From positions 4,912-68,911 of the forward strand of contig MFKV01000007.1 in NCBI GenBank assembly GCA_001781105.1: DNA of 64,000 nucleotides, given 5' to 3'. The position numbers and the translations under genes are program-made. Under the pieces are notes generated by a model. The model had not been told where the DNA came from, made no database searches, and was given only the letters and a program-made list of their open reading frames with translations. This DNA is from Candidatus Kaiserbacteria bacterium RIFCSPHIGHO2_01_FULL_54_36 (GTDB lineage Bacteria; Patescibacteriota; Minisyncoccia; Phycocordibacterales; UBA2100). Position 1 is the first letter of the stretch, and each line of letters begins with the position of its first letter. Below are positions 38,037 through 48,306 of this stretch, piece by piece.

Positions 38037-40055
38037 GTGAAATTTAAGATCAGATCACACTATAAACCCGCCGGCGATCAGCCGACAGCTATTGCTGCAC
38101 TCGTGAAGGGCTTGGAGGGAGGCGTGCGCGATCAGACGCTATTGGGTGTCACCGGCTCGGGCAAGACATTCACTGTGGCCAATGTCATCGCCCAGGTGCA
38201 GCGCCCGACGCTGGTGATCGCGCACAACAAGACGCTCGCGGCGCAGCTCGCTGCCGAGTACCGCGAATTCTTCCCCGATGCAGCCGTACACTACTTCGTT
38301 TCCTACTACGATTACTACCAACCAGAGGCCTATGTGCCCGTTACGGACACGTATATTGAGAAGGAAGCACAGGTCAATGAAGACATCGAGCAGCTGCGGC
38401 ATGCGGCTACGCAGGCCCTGCTCACGCGAAAAGACGTGATCATCGTAGCCTCCGTATCCTGCATCTACGGCCTCGGCAGCCCCGTCGAGTATGAGAAAGT
38501 GAATTTGAAACTGACAAAAAGCGAAGCGATGACTCGCGCCACGCTCACCCGCAAGCTCATTTCTATTTATTTCGATCGAGTGACTGGTGATCTGAAGCCC
38601 GGCACCTTCCGCGCGCTCGGGGCTACTGTAGAGATCATGCCGGCAAGTGAGCGCGTGATATATCGAGTAGATCTGACGGGCGGGAAGATCGCGAAGATAG
38701 AAGAGATCGACGCAACAACGCGTGAAATTCAAGGCAAGCAGGAGGCACTCTTTATTTTCCCGGCACGGCAGTATGTGACGCCAAAAGACGTACAAGATGC
38801 AGCCCTTGCCGATATCGAGCTCGAGCTTGCAGAGCAGCTCAAGAAGTTCGATACACAAGGCAAGATCCTCGAAGCGGAGCGCCTCAAGCGTCGCACGCGC
38901 CAAGATGTCGCGATGATACGCGAGTTCGGCTTCTGCAATGGCATCGAGAACTACTCGCGGCATTTCGATAGGCGAAAGCCCGGCGAGCCGCCGTATACAC
39001 TTCTCTCCTACTTTCCAAGAGATTTCCTGACGGTCATTGATGAGTCGCACGTGACGGTGCCCCAGATCGGCGGCATGTATGCCGGCGATCGCTCGCGCAA
39101 GAACACGCTCGTCGAGCACGGCTTTCGCCTGCCAAGCGCCGTAGACAATCGACCCCTGCAGTTTGAAGAATTCCGGGAGCGGACAGGGCAGACGCTTTAT
39201 ACCTCGGCGACACCCGCACAGTTTGAGCTCGAGAAGAGCGGCGTGCCTGTGTCACAAGTTATTCGCCCGACCGGGCTCATAGACCCCGAGATCATCGTTC
39301 GCCCAATAGTCAGCGGTTCAAAATATGGACACGGCGTGTCCATATTTCCTGGACAAGTGAAAGATTTTATCGCCGAGGCAGAGGCGGTAACGAAGAAAGG
39401 CACTCGCTCGATGGTGACGGTGCTTACCAAGAAAATGGCGGAAGACCTGACGGCGTTCCTCGTAGAAAAACACATCAAGGCGCGGTATGTGCACAGCGAT
39501 GTTCTCACTATCGAGCGCATTGAGATATTGCGCGATTTCCGCAAAGGGGTCTTCGATGTCTTGGTAGGGGTCAACCTCTTGCGCGAAGGACTCGACTTGC
39601 CGGAAGTTGAGCTAGTGGGAATTCTCGATGCCGACAAAGAAGGCTTCCTGCGTTCTGAGACATCGCTCATCCAGACTATAGGGCGGGCGGCGCGCAACGT
39701 GCATGGCCGCGTCATACTGTATGCAGATCAGATGACGGGCTCGATGGAGCGTGCGATTGGCGAGACCAATCGCCGTAGGGTTATTCAGGTAGCGTACAAC
39801 AAAAAGCACAAGATAACGCCAAAGACGATCATAAAGCGCATCCACGACATCGTGGGCGATATCGAACGTGCCCGCAAGCGCGCAGTCGCCGATCTGGTAG
39901 CCTTGGATAAAGCAGCCTTCGGTGGCGACACGGCGAAGCTTCTTCGCGAAAAGCGCCGCCAAATGCACGACGCAGCGGATCGGCTCGACTTTGAGACTGC
40001 AGCGCTCCTGCGGGATGAGATACTTACCCTTGAGAAGGGTGTGAAGAAGAAATAG
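38037..40055 (+). CDS. uvrB: excinuclease ABC subunit B
   Basis: GVTGSGKT Walker A, helicase motifs, and a C-terminal UVR domain. GTG start. Confidence 0.95.
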   Translation: MKFKIRSHYKPAGDQPTAIAALVKGLEGGVRDQTLLGVTGSGKTFTVANVIAQVQRPTLVIAHNKTLAAQLAAEYREFFPDAAVHYFVSYYDYYQPEAYVPVTDTYIEKEAQVNEDIEQLRHAATQALLTRKDVIIVASVSCIYGLGSPVEYEKVNLKLTKSEAMTRATLTRKLISIYFDRVTGDLKPGTFRALGATVEIMPASERVIYRVDLTGGKIAKIEEIDATTREIQGKQEALFIFPARQYVTPKDVQDAALADIELELAEQLKKFDTQGKILEAERLKRRTRQDVAMIREFGFCNGIENYSRHFDRRKPGEPPYTLLSYFPRDFLTVIDESHVTVPQIGGMYAGDRSRKNTLVEHGFRLPSAVDNRPLQFEEFRERTGQTLYTSATPAQFELEKSGVPVSQVIRPTGLIDPEIIVRPIVSGSKYGHGVSIFPGQVKDFIAEAEAVTKKGTRSMVTVLTKKMAEDLTAFLVEKHIKARYVHSDVLTIERIEILRDFRKGVFDVLVGVNLLREGLDLPEVELVGILDADKEGFLRSETSLIQTIGRAARNVHGRVILYADQMTGSMERAIGETNRRRVIQVAYNKKHKITPKTIIKRIHDIVGDIERARKRAVADLVALDKAAFGGDTAKLLREKRRQMHDAADRLDFETAALLRDEILTLEKGVKKK

Positions 40056-40056
40056 T

Positions 40057-40980
40057 ATGGCACTCCAAGTAAAAGAAAACGTTCCGCTTGCGCCACTCAC
40101 GACCTTTGAGATAGGCGGGTCGGCAAAGTATTTTGTTGATGTAAAGACCGAAGATGAAATTCGCGAAGCGCTCGCGTGGGCGAAAGAAAAGGGAATCAAG
40201 TTTGTAGTACTTGCTGGCGGGAGTAATGTGCTGGTGCCGGATGAAGGACTCAATGCGCTTGTCATTCATATTGCCGGCGGCGAGCACTCGTTTGCCGAGT
40301 GCGAACTTATTGCTGATGCCGGCTGCGATCTTTTGGAGCTCATCAAAACGGCCGGAAAAAGGGGATTGGGCGGATGGGAGAAACTCTCGGGCATTCCAGG
40401 CACTATCGGAGGCGCGGTACGAGGCAATGCGGGAGCATTTGGGCCGGAGATAAGGGATTTTGTCGTAAGTGTTGACGCTCTCAACGCCGAAACAGGAGAG
40501 ACGAAAGAATTCTCAAATTCGGAATGTGATTTCTCATACCGCCACAGCTTTTTCAAAGATCATCCTGAGTGGATAATCACGAAGGTTCAACTTCGACTCA
40601 CTCCCATTTCTATCGATATATCGATACATTTGGTCGAAGAAACAATTCGAGAACGAGAAAAAAGGCATATTCAAAACGTGCGCGCTGCGGGATCGTACTT
40701 CGTAAATCCTGTTGCGCCAAAAGAGATCCAGGAGATGTTTGAAAAAGAGAAGGGAATGAAATCGCGTGAAGGTCGCGTGCCCGCGGGGTGGCTCATCGAG
40801 AAAGCTGGTATGAAAGGAGCAACGGTGGGTGGCGCCATCGCCTCGCTCCAGCACCCCAACTACATCGTCAATCAGGGAGGCGCGACCTCACATGACGTTT
40901 TGAATCTCGCGCAAACGATACTGTCGCAAATAGAAACCCAGTTCGGTGTCGAGCTTCACGAAGAGGCTGCAATTCTGTGA
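40057..40980 (+). CDS. murB: UDP-N-acetylenolpyruvoylglucosamine reductase
   Basis: FAD-binding PCMH domain (GGGSN) and MurB C-terminal domain. Confidence 0.9.
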   Translation: MALQVKENVPLAPLTTFEIGGSAKYFVDVKTEDEIREALAWAKEKGIKFVVLAGGSNVLVPDEGLNALVIHIAGGEHSFAECELIADAGCDLLELIKTAGKRGLGGWEKLSGIPGTIGGAVRGNAGAFGPEIRDFVVSVDALNAETGETKEFSNSECDFSYRHSFFKDHPEWIITKVQLRLTPISIDISIHLVEETIREREKRHIQNVRAAGSYFVNPVAPKEIQEMFEKEKGMKSREGRVPAGWLIEKAGMKGATVGGAIASLQHPNYIVNQGGATSHDVLNLAQTILSQIETQFGVELHEEAAIL

Positions 40981-41040
40981 CTGTGATATACTGCCCATAC
41001 CAACCCCTAGCGCAAAGCGGGGGTCGGAACTATTTGCGAT

Positions 41041-43683
41041 ATGGCAGAAAAAGATATAGGGGCAGATAAGATCGTCATAAAAGGCGCACGGACACATAAT
41101 TTGAAAAATGTGTCAGTGGAGATTCCGCGCAATAAAATGGTGGTGTTTACGGGACTTTCAGGCAGCGGCAAGTCCTCGCTTGCGTTCGACACGATCTTTG
41201 CCGAAGGGCAACGAAAGTACGTTGAGTCTCTTTCAGCATACGCGCGACAATTTTTGCGCCAAATGCAAAAGCCCGATGTTGACGAGATATCCGGCCTCTC
41301 ACCGGCAATTTCTATCGACCAAAAGAGCCGCTCCAACAATCCTCGCTCCACCGTCGCGACCATAACTGAGATCTACGACTACCTGCGTGTCCTCTACGCT
41401 CGCGTCGGGAAGCCGCACTGCATAGAGTGTGGGCGAGAAGTGCGAAAGCTTTCCAACGAGGAAATCCTGGAGTCTGTGCTAAGCATCGTTGAAGGCGCGA
41501 GAAAGGGCGATGGTCGACCTCGTAGGTCGACCATGCTGACGAAAGGAGTTTCGAATGCGAAGATCCGCATCAGTGCTCCGGTCGTGGTGGGCCGCAAGGG
41601 CGAGTACTACCAGCTCCTCTACGACATGCTCAATAAAGGATTTGAGAAAGTTATTATTGATGGACAAGAAACGTCACTACGCACACGAATAGATCTCAAG
41701 AAACATTTCAAGCACGACATAGATATTGTGGTAGACGAAATATTCATCTCTGAGTTTACCGATGATGCAAAAGCCGCACACGAGCGCGCCAGCGAGGCTA
41801 TTGAGCGGGCGCTGCATGAAGCGGGCGGCCTGGTAAAAATTACCGACGCAGAAGGGCAATCACGCATCGTATCCGCAAAATTCATGTGCCCGTACGACGG
41901 GTTCTCGTTCCCCGAGATAGAGCCGCGGCTCTTTTCCTTCAACTCGCCATACGGCGCGTGCCCGGAGTGCAAAGGCTTGGGCACGAAGTATTTTTTCGGC
42001 GATGAGCCGTGCGATATATGCCAGGGCGCCCGCTTGCGTCCCGAGGCGCTCAATGTGTTTCTGGGCAAAGTGGAGGAGCCGGCAGAGCACAATGGTCCAG
42101 CCATAGGGACCAATATCGTACATCTTTCGTCGCTTTCGATTGAGGACGCGATGGATTTCTTCAACGGGCTGAAGCTCACCAAGAAAGAACAAGAGATCTC
42201 AAAGGCCGTCATCAAAGAGATCACGAGCCGCCTCCAATTCATGCTCAATGTCGGTATCGAGTACCTAACGCTCGATCGTAAGGCCAATACGCTCTCAGGG
42301 GGTGAGGCGCAGCGCATTCGGCTTGCTTCTCAACTCGGTAGCGGGCTTGTGGGTGCCTTGTACGTGCTCGATGAGCCCACCATAGGACTTCACCAACGCG
42401 ACAACGACAAGCTCATACAGACCCTTCAGCGCCTGCGCGATCTCGGCAACACCGTGCTCGTCGTCGAACACGACGAAGACACGATATTCGCTTCTGATTA
42501 CATCGTGGATCTTGGCCCCGGTGCCGGTGTACACGGCGGTGAGATCGTCGTGTCGGGATGGCTAGACGATCTTTTGACCGCGAAAACCAATAAGTCGGGC
42601 TCTCGAACGCTCGGATATTTGCGCGAAGAGGAAGCCATTCCTATACCGGAGAAACGTCGCACCGCCGACCGAGGGAAGATAAAAATACGCGGCGCTTCCA
42701 AATTCAATATCCAGAATATGAATATTGATGTACCACTCGCGAAGTTCGTCGCCGTTTCGGGAGTTTCCGGCTCGGGCAAGTCCACATTTCTGTATGAAAT
42801 TCTCCATCGCAACCTGCAAGCACGCTTCGACAAGCGTTATCGAACTGCGAAAACCTACAATGCAAAAGAATTTTCCGGCACCGAGTATCTCGGCCGGGCG
42901 ATATTGATAGATCAATCGCCGATCGGGCGCACGCCCCGCTCGAATCCTGCCACCTACACGGGAGCCTGGACCCACATCCGCGATATGTTCGCGATGTCGG
43001 AAGAGGCCCGAGCGCGCGGTTGGGGCCCCGGGCGCTTCTCGTTCAACGTGAAAGGTGGGCGCTGCGAAGCGTGCCAGGGCAACGGCCTCATTGCCGTAGA
43101 GATGCACTTCTTGCCGACCGTGTATGTCACCTGCGACGTGTGCAACGGCAAGCGATTCATGAAAGAAACACTGGAGGTCAAATTCAAGAACAAAAACATT
43201 CACCAGATACTTTCGATGACCGTCGAAGAAGCGCGAGCATTCTTCGATGATATTCCCGCAATCGCAGACCGCCTGCAGAGCTTATCTGACGTTGGGCTCG
43301 ATTACCTTGAGCTCGGGCAAAGCGCGACAACGCTTTCCGGCGGGGAAGCACAGCGCGTGAAGATCGCCTCAGAGCTGTATCGCCCACTCATCCAGAAGAG
43401 CATCTACTTGCTCGATGAGCCGACGGTCGGCTTGCACTACGACGACGTCGCGAAGCTTATCCAAATACTGCAGAAGCTTGTCGAGCGTGGCAACACGGTC
43501 GTCACGATCGAGCACAACCTAGATGTCTTGAAATCCGCGGATTACATCATTGATATGGGCCCGGAAGGCGGATCCGCGGGCGGCGACATCGTCGCGAAGG
43601 GGACTCCTGAAGAAGTTTCTAAAACTGATGGTTCGCACACAGGCTATTACTTGAAACGAGTTTTGAAAAAATCCCGCAGGTAG
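41041..43683 (+). CDS. uvrA: excinuclease ABC subunit A
   Basis: Two ABC ATPase modules ([18 protein letters not shown]), zinc-finger CxxC pairs, LSGGE signatures. Contains the in-frame 25-nt palindrome at 41510..41534. Confidence 0.95.
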   Translation: MAEKDIGADKIVIKGARTHNLKNVSVEIPRNKMVVFTGLSGSGKSSLAFDTIFAEGQRKYVESLSAYARQFLRQMQKPDVDEISGLSPAISIDQKSRSNNPRSTVATITEIYDYLRVLYARVGKPHCIECGREVRKLSNEEILESVLSIVEGARKGDGRPRRSTMLTKGVSNAKIRISAPVVVGRKGEYYQLLYDMLNKGFEKVIIDGQETSLRTRIDLKKHFKHDIDIVVDEIFISEFTDDAKAAHERASEAIERALHEAGGLVKITDAEGQSRIVSAKFMCPYDGFSFPEIEPRLFSFNSPYGACPECKGLGTKYFFGDEPCDICQGARLRPEALNVFLGKVEEPAEHNGPAIGTNIVHLSSLSIEDAMDFFNGLKLTKKEQEISKAVIKEITSRLQFMLNVGIEYLTLDRKANTLSGGEAQRIRLASQLGSGLVGALYVLDEPTIGLHQRDNDKLIQTLQRLRDLGNTVLVVEHDEDTIFASDYIVDLGPGAGVHGGEIVVSGWLDDLLTAKTNKSGSRTLGYLREEEAIPIPEKRRTADRGKIKIRGASKFNIQNMNIDVPLAKFVAVSGVSGSGKSTFLYEILHRNLQARFDKRYRTAKTYNAKEFSGTEYLGRAILIDQSPIGRTPRSNPATYTGAWTHIRDMFAMSEEARARGWGPGRFSFNVKGGRCEACQGNGLIAVEMHFLPTVYVTCDVCNGKRFMKETLEVKFKNKNIHQILSMTVEEARAFFDDIPAIADRLQSLSDVGLDYLELGQSATTLSGGEAQRVKIASELYRPLIQKSIYLLDEPTVGLHYDDVAKLIQILQKLVERGNTVVTIEHNLDVLKSADYIIDMGPEGGSAGGDIVAKGTPEEVSKTDGSHTGYYLKRVLKKSRR
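41510..41534. repeat. 25-nt perfect palindrome ATGGTCGACCTCGTAGGTCGACCAT, in-frame inside uvrA (encodes DGRPRRSTM)
   Basis: 10-nt arms containing two SalI-type GTCGAC cores. Identical copies at 47670 and 60160; a compensatory variant at 45770. Confidence 0.85.
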
Positions 43684-43835
43684 TGTATATTCAGTGGGAC
43701 CTGTTCTCCTAGCCAGAGACACGTCTCCCGCGTAGCGTTTGGGAAGCTGTTGTTCTGTAGCGTTTGTTCGTTGCGTCTGTCAGTAGTAGCCCCGATCAGT
43801 AGCGTCAGTTGTTGGCGTAGATCGGGGTTTGTTGT

Positions 43836-46800
43836 TTATGAACGATACTCCTCCCACGACTTCGCTTTCAACCCATTGCCTTTCTGTTCCGCAAGCGCTG
43901 TCACGAAGGCCTCTGCGAGCTGGCGGTTGGTGATGAGCGGAATGTTCATATCTACCGCTTTGCGGCGGATGATGGAGCCGTCGGTCGTCTCGCCGGCGAA
44001 GGCACGCGTCGGGATATTGATGATGAGATCCATTCTACCGAGCGCCTCGGAGACATTGGGCGCTTTTTTACTGCTGATCTTGTAGAGCTTTTCACATGGC
44101 AGGCCAGACTCATGCAAATATTCTGCAGTATGCTCTGTCGCAAAGAGTTTGAATTTCGTATTAGAAAGCAGTTTCATCGTTTCCAGTAGCTTCACCTTGC
44201 TCTCCTCGCCGCCGATTGAGACGAGGATATTTTTGCGCGGCAAGCGAAAGCCGGCAGCCATCATGGACTTGAGGAGTGCTTCAGAGTAGGAATCCCCGAA
44301 ACAGGCGACTTCGCCTGTGGACGCCATTTCTACACCTGTCCGTGGGTCAGCGCCTTTGATGCGGCTGTATGAAAATTGTGGCGATTTGACTGCAACACAA
44401 TCGAGTTCGACCGTGCGGTAGTTGCCCGAGACATCCTTGCCAAGCATTGCACGCGTAGCAATGTCAATGAAATTGTGTCCGGTGACTTTGGAAACGAAGG
44501 GGAAGCTGCGCGAGGCGCGCACGTTGCATTCGATGACTTGCAAGCGATTATCCTTTGCTATGAACTGCATGTTGAAGGGCCCGGTGATCTTGAGGGCTTT
44601 GATAATTGCTTTGGTGATCTCTTTGGCACGGCGGATAGTCTCCAGATACGTGCGCTGCGGAGGAAGCACTACCGTAGCGTCACCAGAGTGCGTGCCGGCA
44701 TTCTCCACGTGTTCGGTAATGGCATAGATAGCGAGTGTGCCGCGAGAAGCGACGCCATCGATCTCGATCTCCCGCGCGTTCTCTATGAATTTGGATATGA
44801 CGACCGGATGTTCAGGCGACATGATGGCCGCGCGGTCCAAAAAATTCTGAAGCGTTTTCCTGTCGTACGCGACCTTCATTGCCGCGCCTGACAGGACGTA
44901 TGACGGGCGCACGAGTACGGGGTACCCGATTGTCTCAGCGACAGCTGCTGCCTGTGAGGGAGAGGTGACTTCCGTCCATGCCGGCTGCTCTACTCCGAGC
45001 GTATCGAGAAGCTTGGAGAACACATGCCTGTCTTCCGCGCGGTCGATATCCTCCGGATTCGTGCCGAGAATTTTGATCTTGTTCTTATGGAGTTTAAGCG
45101 CAAGATTGTTGGGGATCTGGCCGCCGGTCGAGACCACGACCCCCTCGGGCTTTTCGAATTCCACGATATCGAGAATGCGCTCGAGCGTAAGCTCTTCGAA
45201 GTAGAGCCGATCCGACATGTCGTAGTCGGTCGAGACAGTCTCCGGATTCGAATTGATCATAATGGTGCGCTTACCGCAGGCCTTCAGCGTCTTCAGCGCC
45301 TGCACGCACGACCAGTCGAACTCGACCGATGACCCGATGCAGTATGGGCCCGAACCCAGCACTGCAACCTGCTTTTTTCCCGGGATGACGTCGTGTTCAG
45401 TGCCATGATAGGTGAGATACAGATAGTTCGTCTGCGCGGGGAATTCGCCTGCGAGCGTATCGATCTGTTTGACTACCGGCAGAATCCTTAGCTTTTTGCG
45501 CAGTGCGCGTACAGACTCTTCGTTAATCTTTTTTATCACTGCAATTTGCGCATCAGAAAATCCGAGCTTCTTTGCTGCTTGCATCGTTTGCTTATTGAGG
45601 CGGTTCTTCGAGATGTGACGCTCGAACTCTACGATGTTGCGCATCTTCTCCAAAAACCACCGATCGATCCCCGAAAGTTTGTGAATCTTCTCTACCGACG
45701 TTCTTCTACGAAATGCCGCTGCGATCGCAAAAATTCTTCGGGTCGTAGGTATCCTGACCTCTTTTTCGCATGATGGACCTCGTAGGTCCATCATTGTTGC
45801 CGGAAGCGAGAATCCACTCGCACCTACATTTAGCATGCGAAGCGCTTTTTGCAGCACCTCTTCGAACGAGCGGCCGATCGCCATCACTTCGCCTACGCTT
45901 TTCATTTCTGTCCCGATACGTTGTGCGGCATTCTCAAATTTGCCCAAGTCCCAACGCGGCATCTTGAGCACCAAATAATCGAGCGCTGGCTCGAAGCAGG
46001 CGGTCGTGATACCCGTGACGGAATTTTTGATCTCGGGCAGCGTGTAGCCGAGTGCGAGTTTGGCCGCGACGAACGCCAACGGATAGCCGGTCGCCTTCGA
46101 AGCGAGTGCCGATGAGCGGCTTAGGCGCGCATTGACCTCGATGACGCGGTAATCTGCTGTCTCGGGGTGCAGTGCATATTGGATATTGCACTCGCCGACG
46201 ATTCCCAAGTGTCGAATGGTCCTGATAGAAATTTCGCGCAGCCGATGGTATTCCTCATTGGAGAGTGTTTGAGAAGGAGCGACTACCATGCTCTCGCCTG
46301 TATGTATTCCCATCGGATCGATGTTTTCCATGTTGCACACGGTGATGCAGTTATCGGCCCTGTCGCGCACGACTTCGTATTCGACCTCCTTCCAGCCGCT
46401 TAGGTTTTCCTCGATGAGTACTTGCGGAGTCGACCTGAATACTTCCGAAAGCTTCGCGGACAGTTCCTCCGTATTTTTTACCATTCCCGACCCTTCACCA
46501 CCGAGAGCAAATCCCGCGCGCATCATGACGGGGTAGCCAATGTCCGCCGCGGCTGCGAGTGCCTCTTTCGTATTTTTTGCAGCGCGGCTGCGAGCAGTCT
46601 TTACTTCTATCTCATGGAGGCGCTTCACGAAAAGGTCGCGATCTTCCGTGTCGCGAATCACCGATACAGGCGTACCAAGTACGCGCACGCCGAATTTCCT
46701 GAGAGTGCCACTTTTCTCGAGCGCGAGGCCGAGGTTGAGCGCTGTCTGGCCACCGAATGAGAGAAGGATCGCGTCAGGCTTTTCTTTCTTGATCACCTGC

Positions 46801-47018
46801 GTTGCGAAGTGCTCGGTAAGGGGAAGGAAGTACACGGTATCTGCCAGGCCTTGGTCGGTTTGCACGGTCGCGATGTTGGGATTCATGAGCACTACCTCGA
46901 TCTTTTCTTCCTTCAGTGCCTTGATCGCTTGTGAGCCGCTGTAGTCGAATTCTCCCGCCTGGCCGATCTTCAGACCACCGCTGCCAAGCAATAATACTTT
47001 TTTGAGTTTATGCTTCAT
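43836..47018 (-). CDS. carB: carbamoyl-phosphate synthase large subunit
   Basis: Duplicated ATP-grasp halves, oligomerisation domain and MGS-like domain. 1060 aa. Confidence 0.95.
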   Translation of the reverse strand: MKHKLKKVLLLGSGGLKIGQAGEFDYSGSQAIKALKEEKIEVVLMNPNIATVQTDQGLADTVYFLPLTEHFATQVIKKEKPDAILLSFGGQTALNLGLALEKSGTLRKFGVRVLGTPVSVIRDTEDRDLFVKRLHEIEVKTARSRAAKNTKEALAAAADIGYPVMMRAGFALGGEGSGMVKNTEELSAKLSEVFRSTPQVLIEENLSGWKEVEYEVVRDRADNCITVCNMENIDPMGIHTGESMVVAPSQTLSNEEYHRLREISIRTIRHLGIVGECNIQYALHPETADYRVIEVNARLSRSSALASKATGYPLAFVAAKLALGYTLPEIKNSVTGITTACFEPALDYLVLKMPRWDLGKFENAAQRIGTEMKSVGEVMAIGRSFEEVLQKALRMLNVGASGFSLPATMMDLRGPSCEKEVRIPTTRRIFAIAAAFRRRTSVEKIHKLSGIDRWFLEKMRNIVEFERHISKNRLNKQTMQAAKKLGFSDAQIAVIKKINEESVRALRKKLRILPVVKQIDTLAGEFPAQTNYLYLTYHGTEHDVIPGKKQVAVLGSGPYCIGSSVEFDWSCVQALKTLKACGKRTIMINSNPETVSTDYDMSDRLYFEELTLERILDIVEFEKPEGVVVSTGGQIPNNLALKLHKNKIKILGTNPEDIDRAEDRHVFSKLLDTLGVEQPAWTEVTSPSQAAAVAETIGYPVLVRPSYVLSGAAMKVAYDRKTLQNFLDRAAIMSPEHPVVISKFIENAREIEIDGVASRGTLAIYAITEHVENAGTHSGDATVVLPPQRTYLETIRRAKEITKAIIKALKITGPFNMQFIAKDNRLQVIECNVRASRSFPFVSKVTGHNFIDIATRAMLGKDVSGNYRTVELDCVAVKSPQFSYSRIKGADPRTGVEMASTGEVACFGDSYSEALLKSMMAAGFRLPRKNILVSIGGEESKVKLLETMKLLSNTKFKLFATEHTAEYLHESGLPCEKLYKISSKKAPNVSEALGRMDLIINIPTRAFAGETTDGSIIRRKAVDMNIPLITNRQLAEAFVTALAEQKGNGLKAKSWEEYRS
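45770..45794. repeat. variant 25-nt palindrome ATGATGGACCTCGTAGGTCCATCAT, in-frame inside carB (encodes MMDLRGPS)
   Basis: Same central CCTCGTAGG. Arm changes are compensatory (G-to-A with C-to-T, and C-to-G with G-to-C), so the palindrome is preserved. Confidence 0.8.
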
Positions 47019-48112
47019 ACCTTCTTCAATGAGCGGATGAAGTCGTCGAAGATCCAGGCGGTATCTGTGGGGCCGGGCGAGGCCTCGGGGTGGAATTGCA
47101 CCGAGCGCCAGGGCTTGCTCTTGTGCCGTATCCCTTCGTTGGAGCCGTCATTGGCGTTCACAAACCACTCTTCCCACCCTTCGGGAAGCGTTTTTCCGTC
47201 TACGGCGAAGCCGTGATTTTGGGAGGTGATGTAGCATTTACCCTGAGCGGAGTCGAAGGGCCGGCCACCCTTTAGTTCAATGCATGGCTGGTTTTGGGAG
47301 CGATGGCCGTATGTAAGCTTGTACGTCGAGGCACCCGCCGCGAGCGCCAAGAGCTGGTTGCCAAGGCACACTCCCAGTATCGGTTTGTTGTCCTTCATAG
47401 CTGCGCGAATATGCCCTATCGGGATGCCGCACTGCGTCGGATCACCAGGGCCGTTGGAGAGAACGAGCGCATCGTACTTATCGGAAGTGAAGTCGTAATC
47501 CCACGGTACTCGCGTCACGGTGGTTTCGGGTCGTATGAGCGAGCGGACGATGTTCTCTTTCATTCCGCAATCGAGCGCAATTATTTTGATCGGGCCAGTA
47601 CCGTATGTCTTCTTTTTCCTCGGACTGACTTTTGCAACAAGATTTTCGTCGTTTGGATCCTTGAACTCCATGGTCGACCTCGTAGGTCGACCATGCTCCA
47701 ATCGCCCCAGCATTACCCCGTGTTCGCGGAGCTTCTTCGTAAGTGCGCGGGTGTCTACTCCAGTGATCGCCGGCACACCGGAGGCTTTGAGCCATTCGGC
47801 AAGTGAGTGCTTGGCATCGTGATGAGAATAGTTCTCCGAGTATTCCGAAACGACGAGCCCTGCTATTTGTATCTTGGACGACTCGAAGTTTTTGTCGGGC
47901 TTGCCCTTCGAAGCCTTGGCGAAGGAGGGCACGCCGTAGTTGCCGACCAGCGGATAAGTGAGTACTACGATCTGACCGGCGTATGAAGGATCTGAAAGAC
48001 TTTCAACGTAACCCGTCATCCCAGTGTTGAAAACGACCTCACCAGGGACGTTCTTCGGAGCACCAAAGCTCTGGCCCTCGAACACTGAACCGTCTTTGAG
48101 AATCAATTTCAT
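47015..48112 (-). CDS. carA: carbamoyl-phosphate synthase small subunit
   Basis: CPSase small-chain N-domain plus class I GATase (Cys-His-Glu triad context GVCLGNQLL). Overlaps the carB start by 4 nt. Confidence 0.95.
   Translation of the reverse strand: MKLILKDGSVFEGQSFGAPKNVPGEVVFNTGMTGYVESLSDPSYAGQIVVLTYPLVGNYGVPSFAKASKGKPDKNFESSKIQIAGLVVSEYSENYSHHDAKHSLAEWLKASGVPAITGVDTRALTKKLREHGVMLGRLEHGRPTRSTMEFKDPNDENLVAKVSPRKKKTYGTGPIKIIALDCGMKENIVRSLIRPETTVTRVPWDYDFTSDKYDALVLSNGPGDPTQCGIPIGHIRAAMKDNKPILGVCLGNQLLALAAGASTYKLTYGHRSQNQPCIELKGGRPFDSAQGKCYITSQNHGFAVDGKTLPEGWEEWFVNANDGSNEGIRHKSKPWRSVQFHPEASPGPTDTAWIFDDFIRSLKKV
47670..47694. repeat. 25-nt palindrome ATGGTCGACCTCGTAGGTCGACCAT, in-frame inside carA (encodes HGRPTRSTM on the gene strand)
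   Basis: Identical to the uvrA copy. Lies in the linker between the CarA N-domain and the GATase domain. Confidence 0.85.
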
Positions 48113-48140
48113 AGTAAGGACCCTTCGACTACGCTCAGGG

Positions 48141-48268
48141 CAAGAAAAAGCCCGCTTTGGGCGGGCTCAAAATCGAGATAAAAAAATGCACCCTCGTGGG
48201 TGTTCTTTGTTGCAAACTTCTTGGAGGCCATTAAAGCTGAATTATAACCGATTGAAGTCCACTGTCAA
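48141..48268 (-). promoter_or_regulatory. carA promoter and leader: -35 TTGACA (48263..48268), 16-nt spacer, -10 TATAAT (48241..48246), then two hairpin+U-tract terminator-like structures before the carA ATG
   Basis: Reverse complement reads TTGACAgtggacttcaatcggtTATAAT. Leader hairpins are CACCC-acga-GGGTG+UUUUUUU (48179..48202) and AGCCCGC-ccaaa-GCGGGCU+UUUUUCUU (48141..48167). Confidence 0.55.
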
Positions 48269-48306
48269 CTCTGCTATTGTCTCGCTGGGACTAGTCGGAG
48301 GTTATC

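Noticed and set aside
38139-39119. Large antisense ORFs inside uvrB, uvrA (41619..42317, 42562..43203), carB (44376..44891, 46540..46944), the kinase genes (3091..3861, 6233..7009) and the MFS gene (17154..17969)
   Set aside because: They lie opposite well-supported conserved genes, which is expected in GC-rich sequence. They have no motifs and no RBS.
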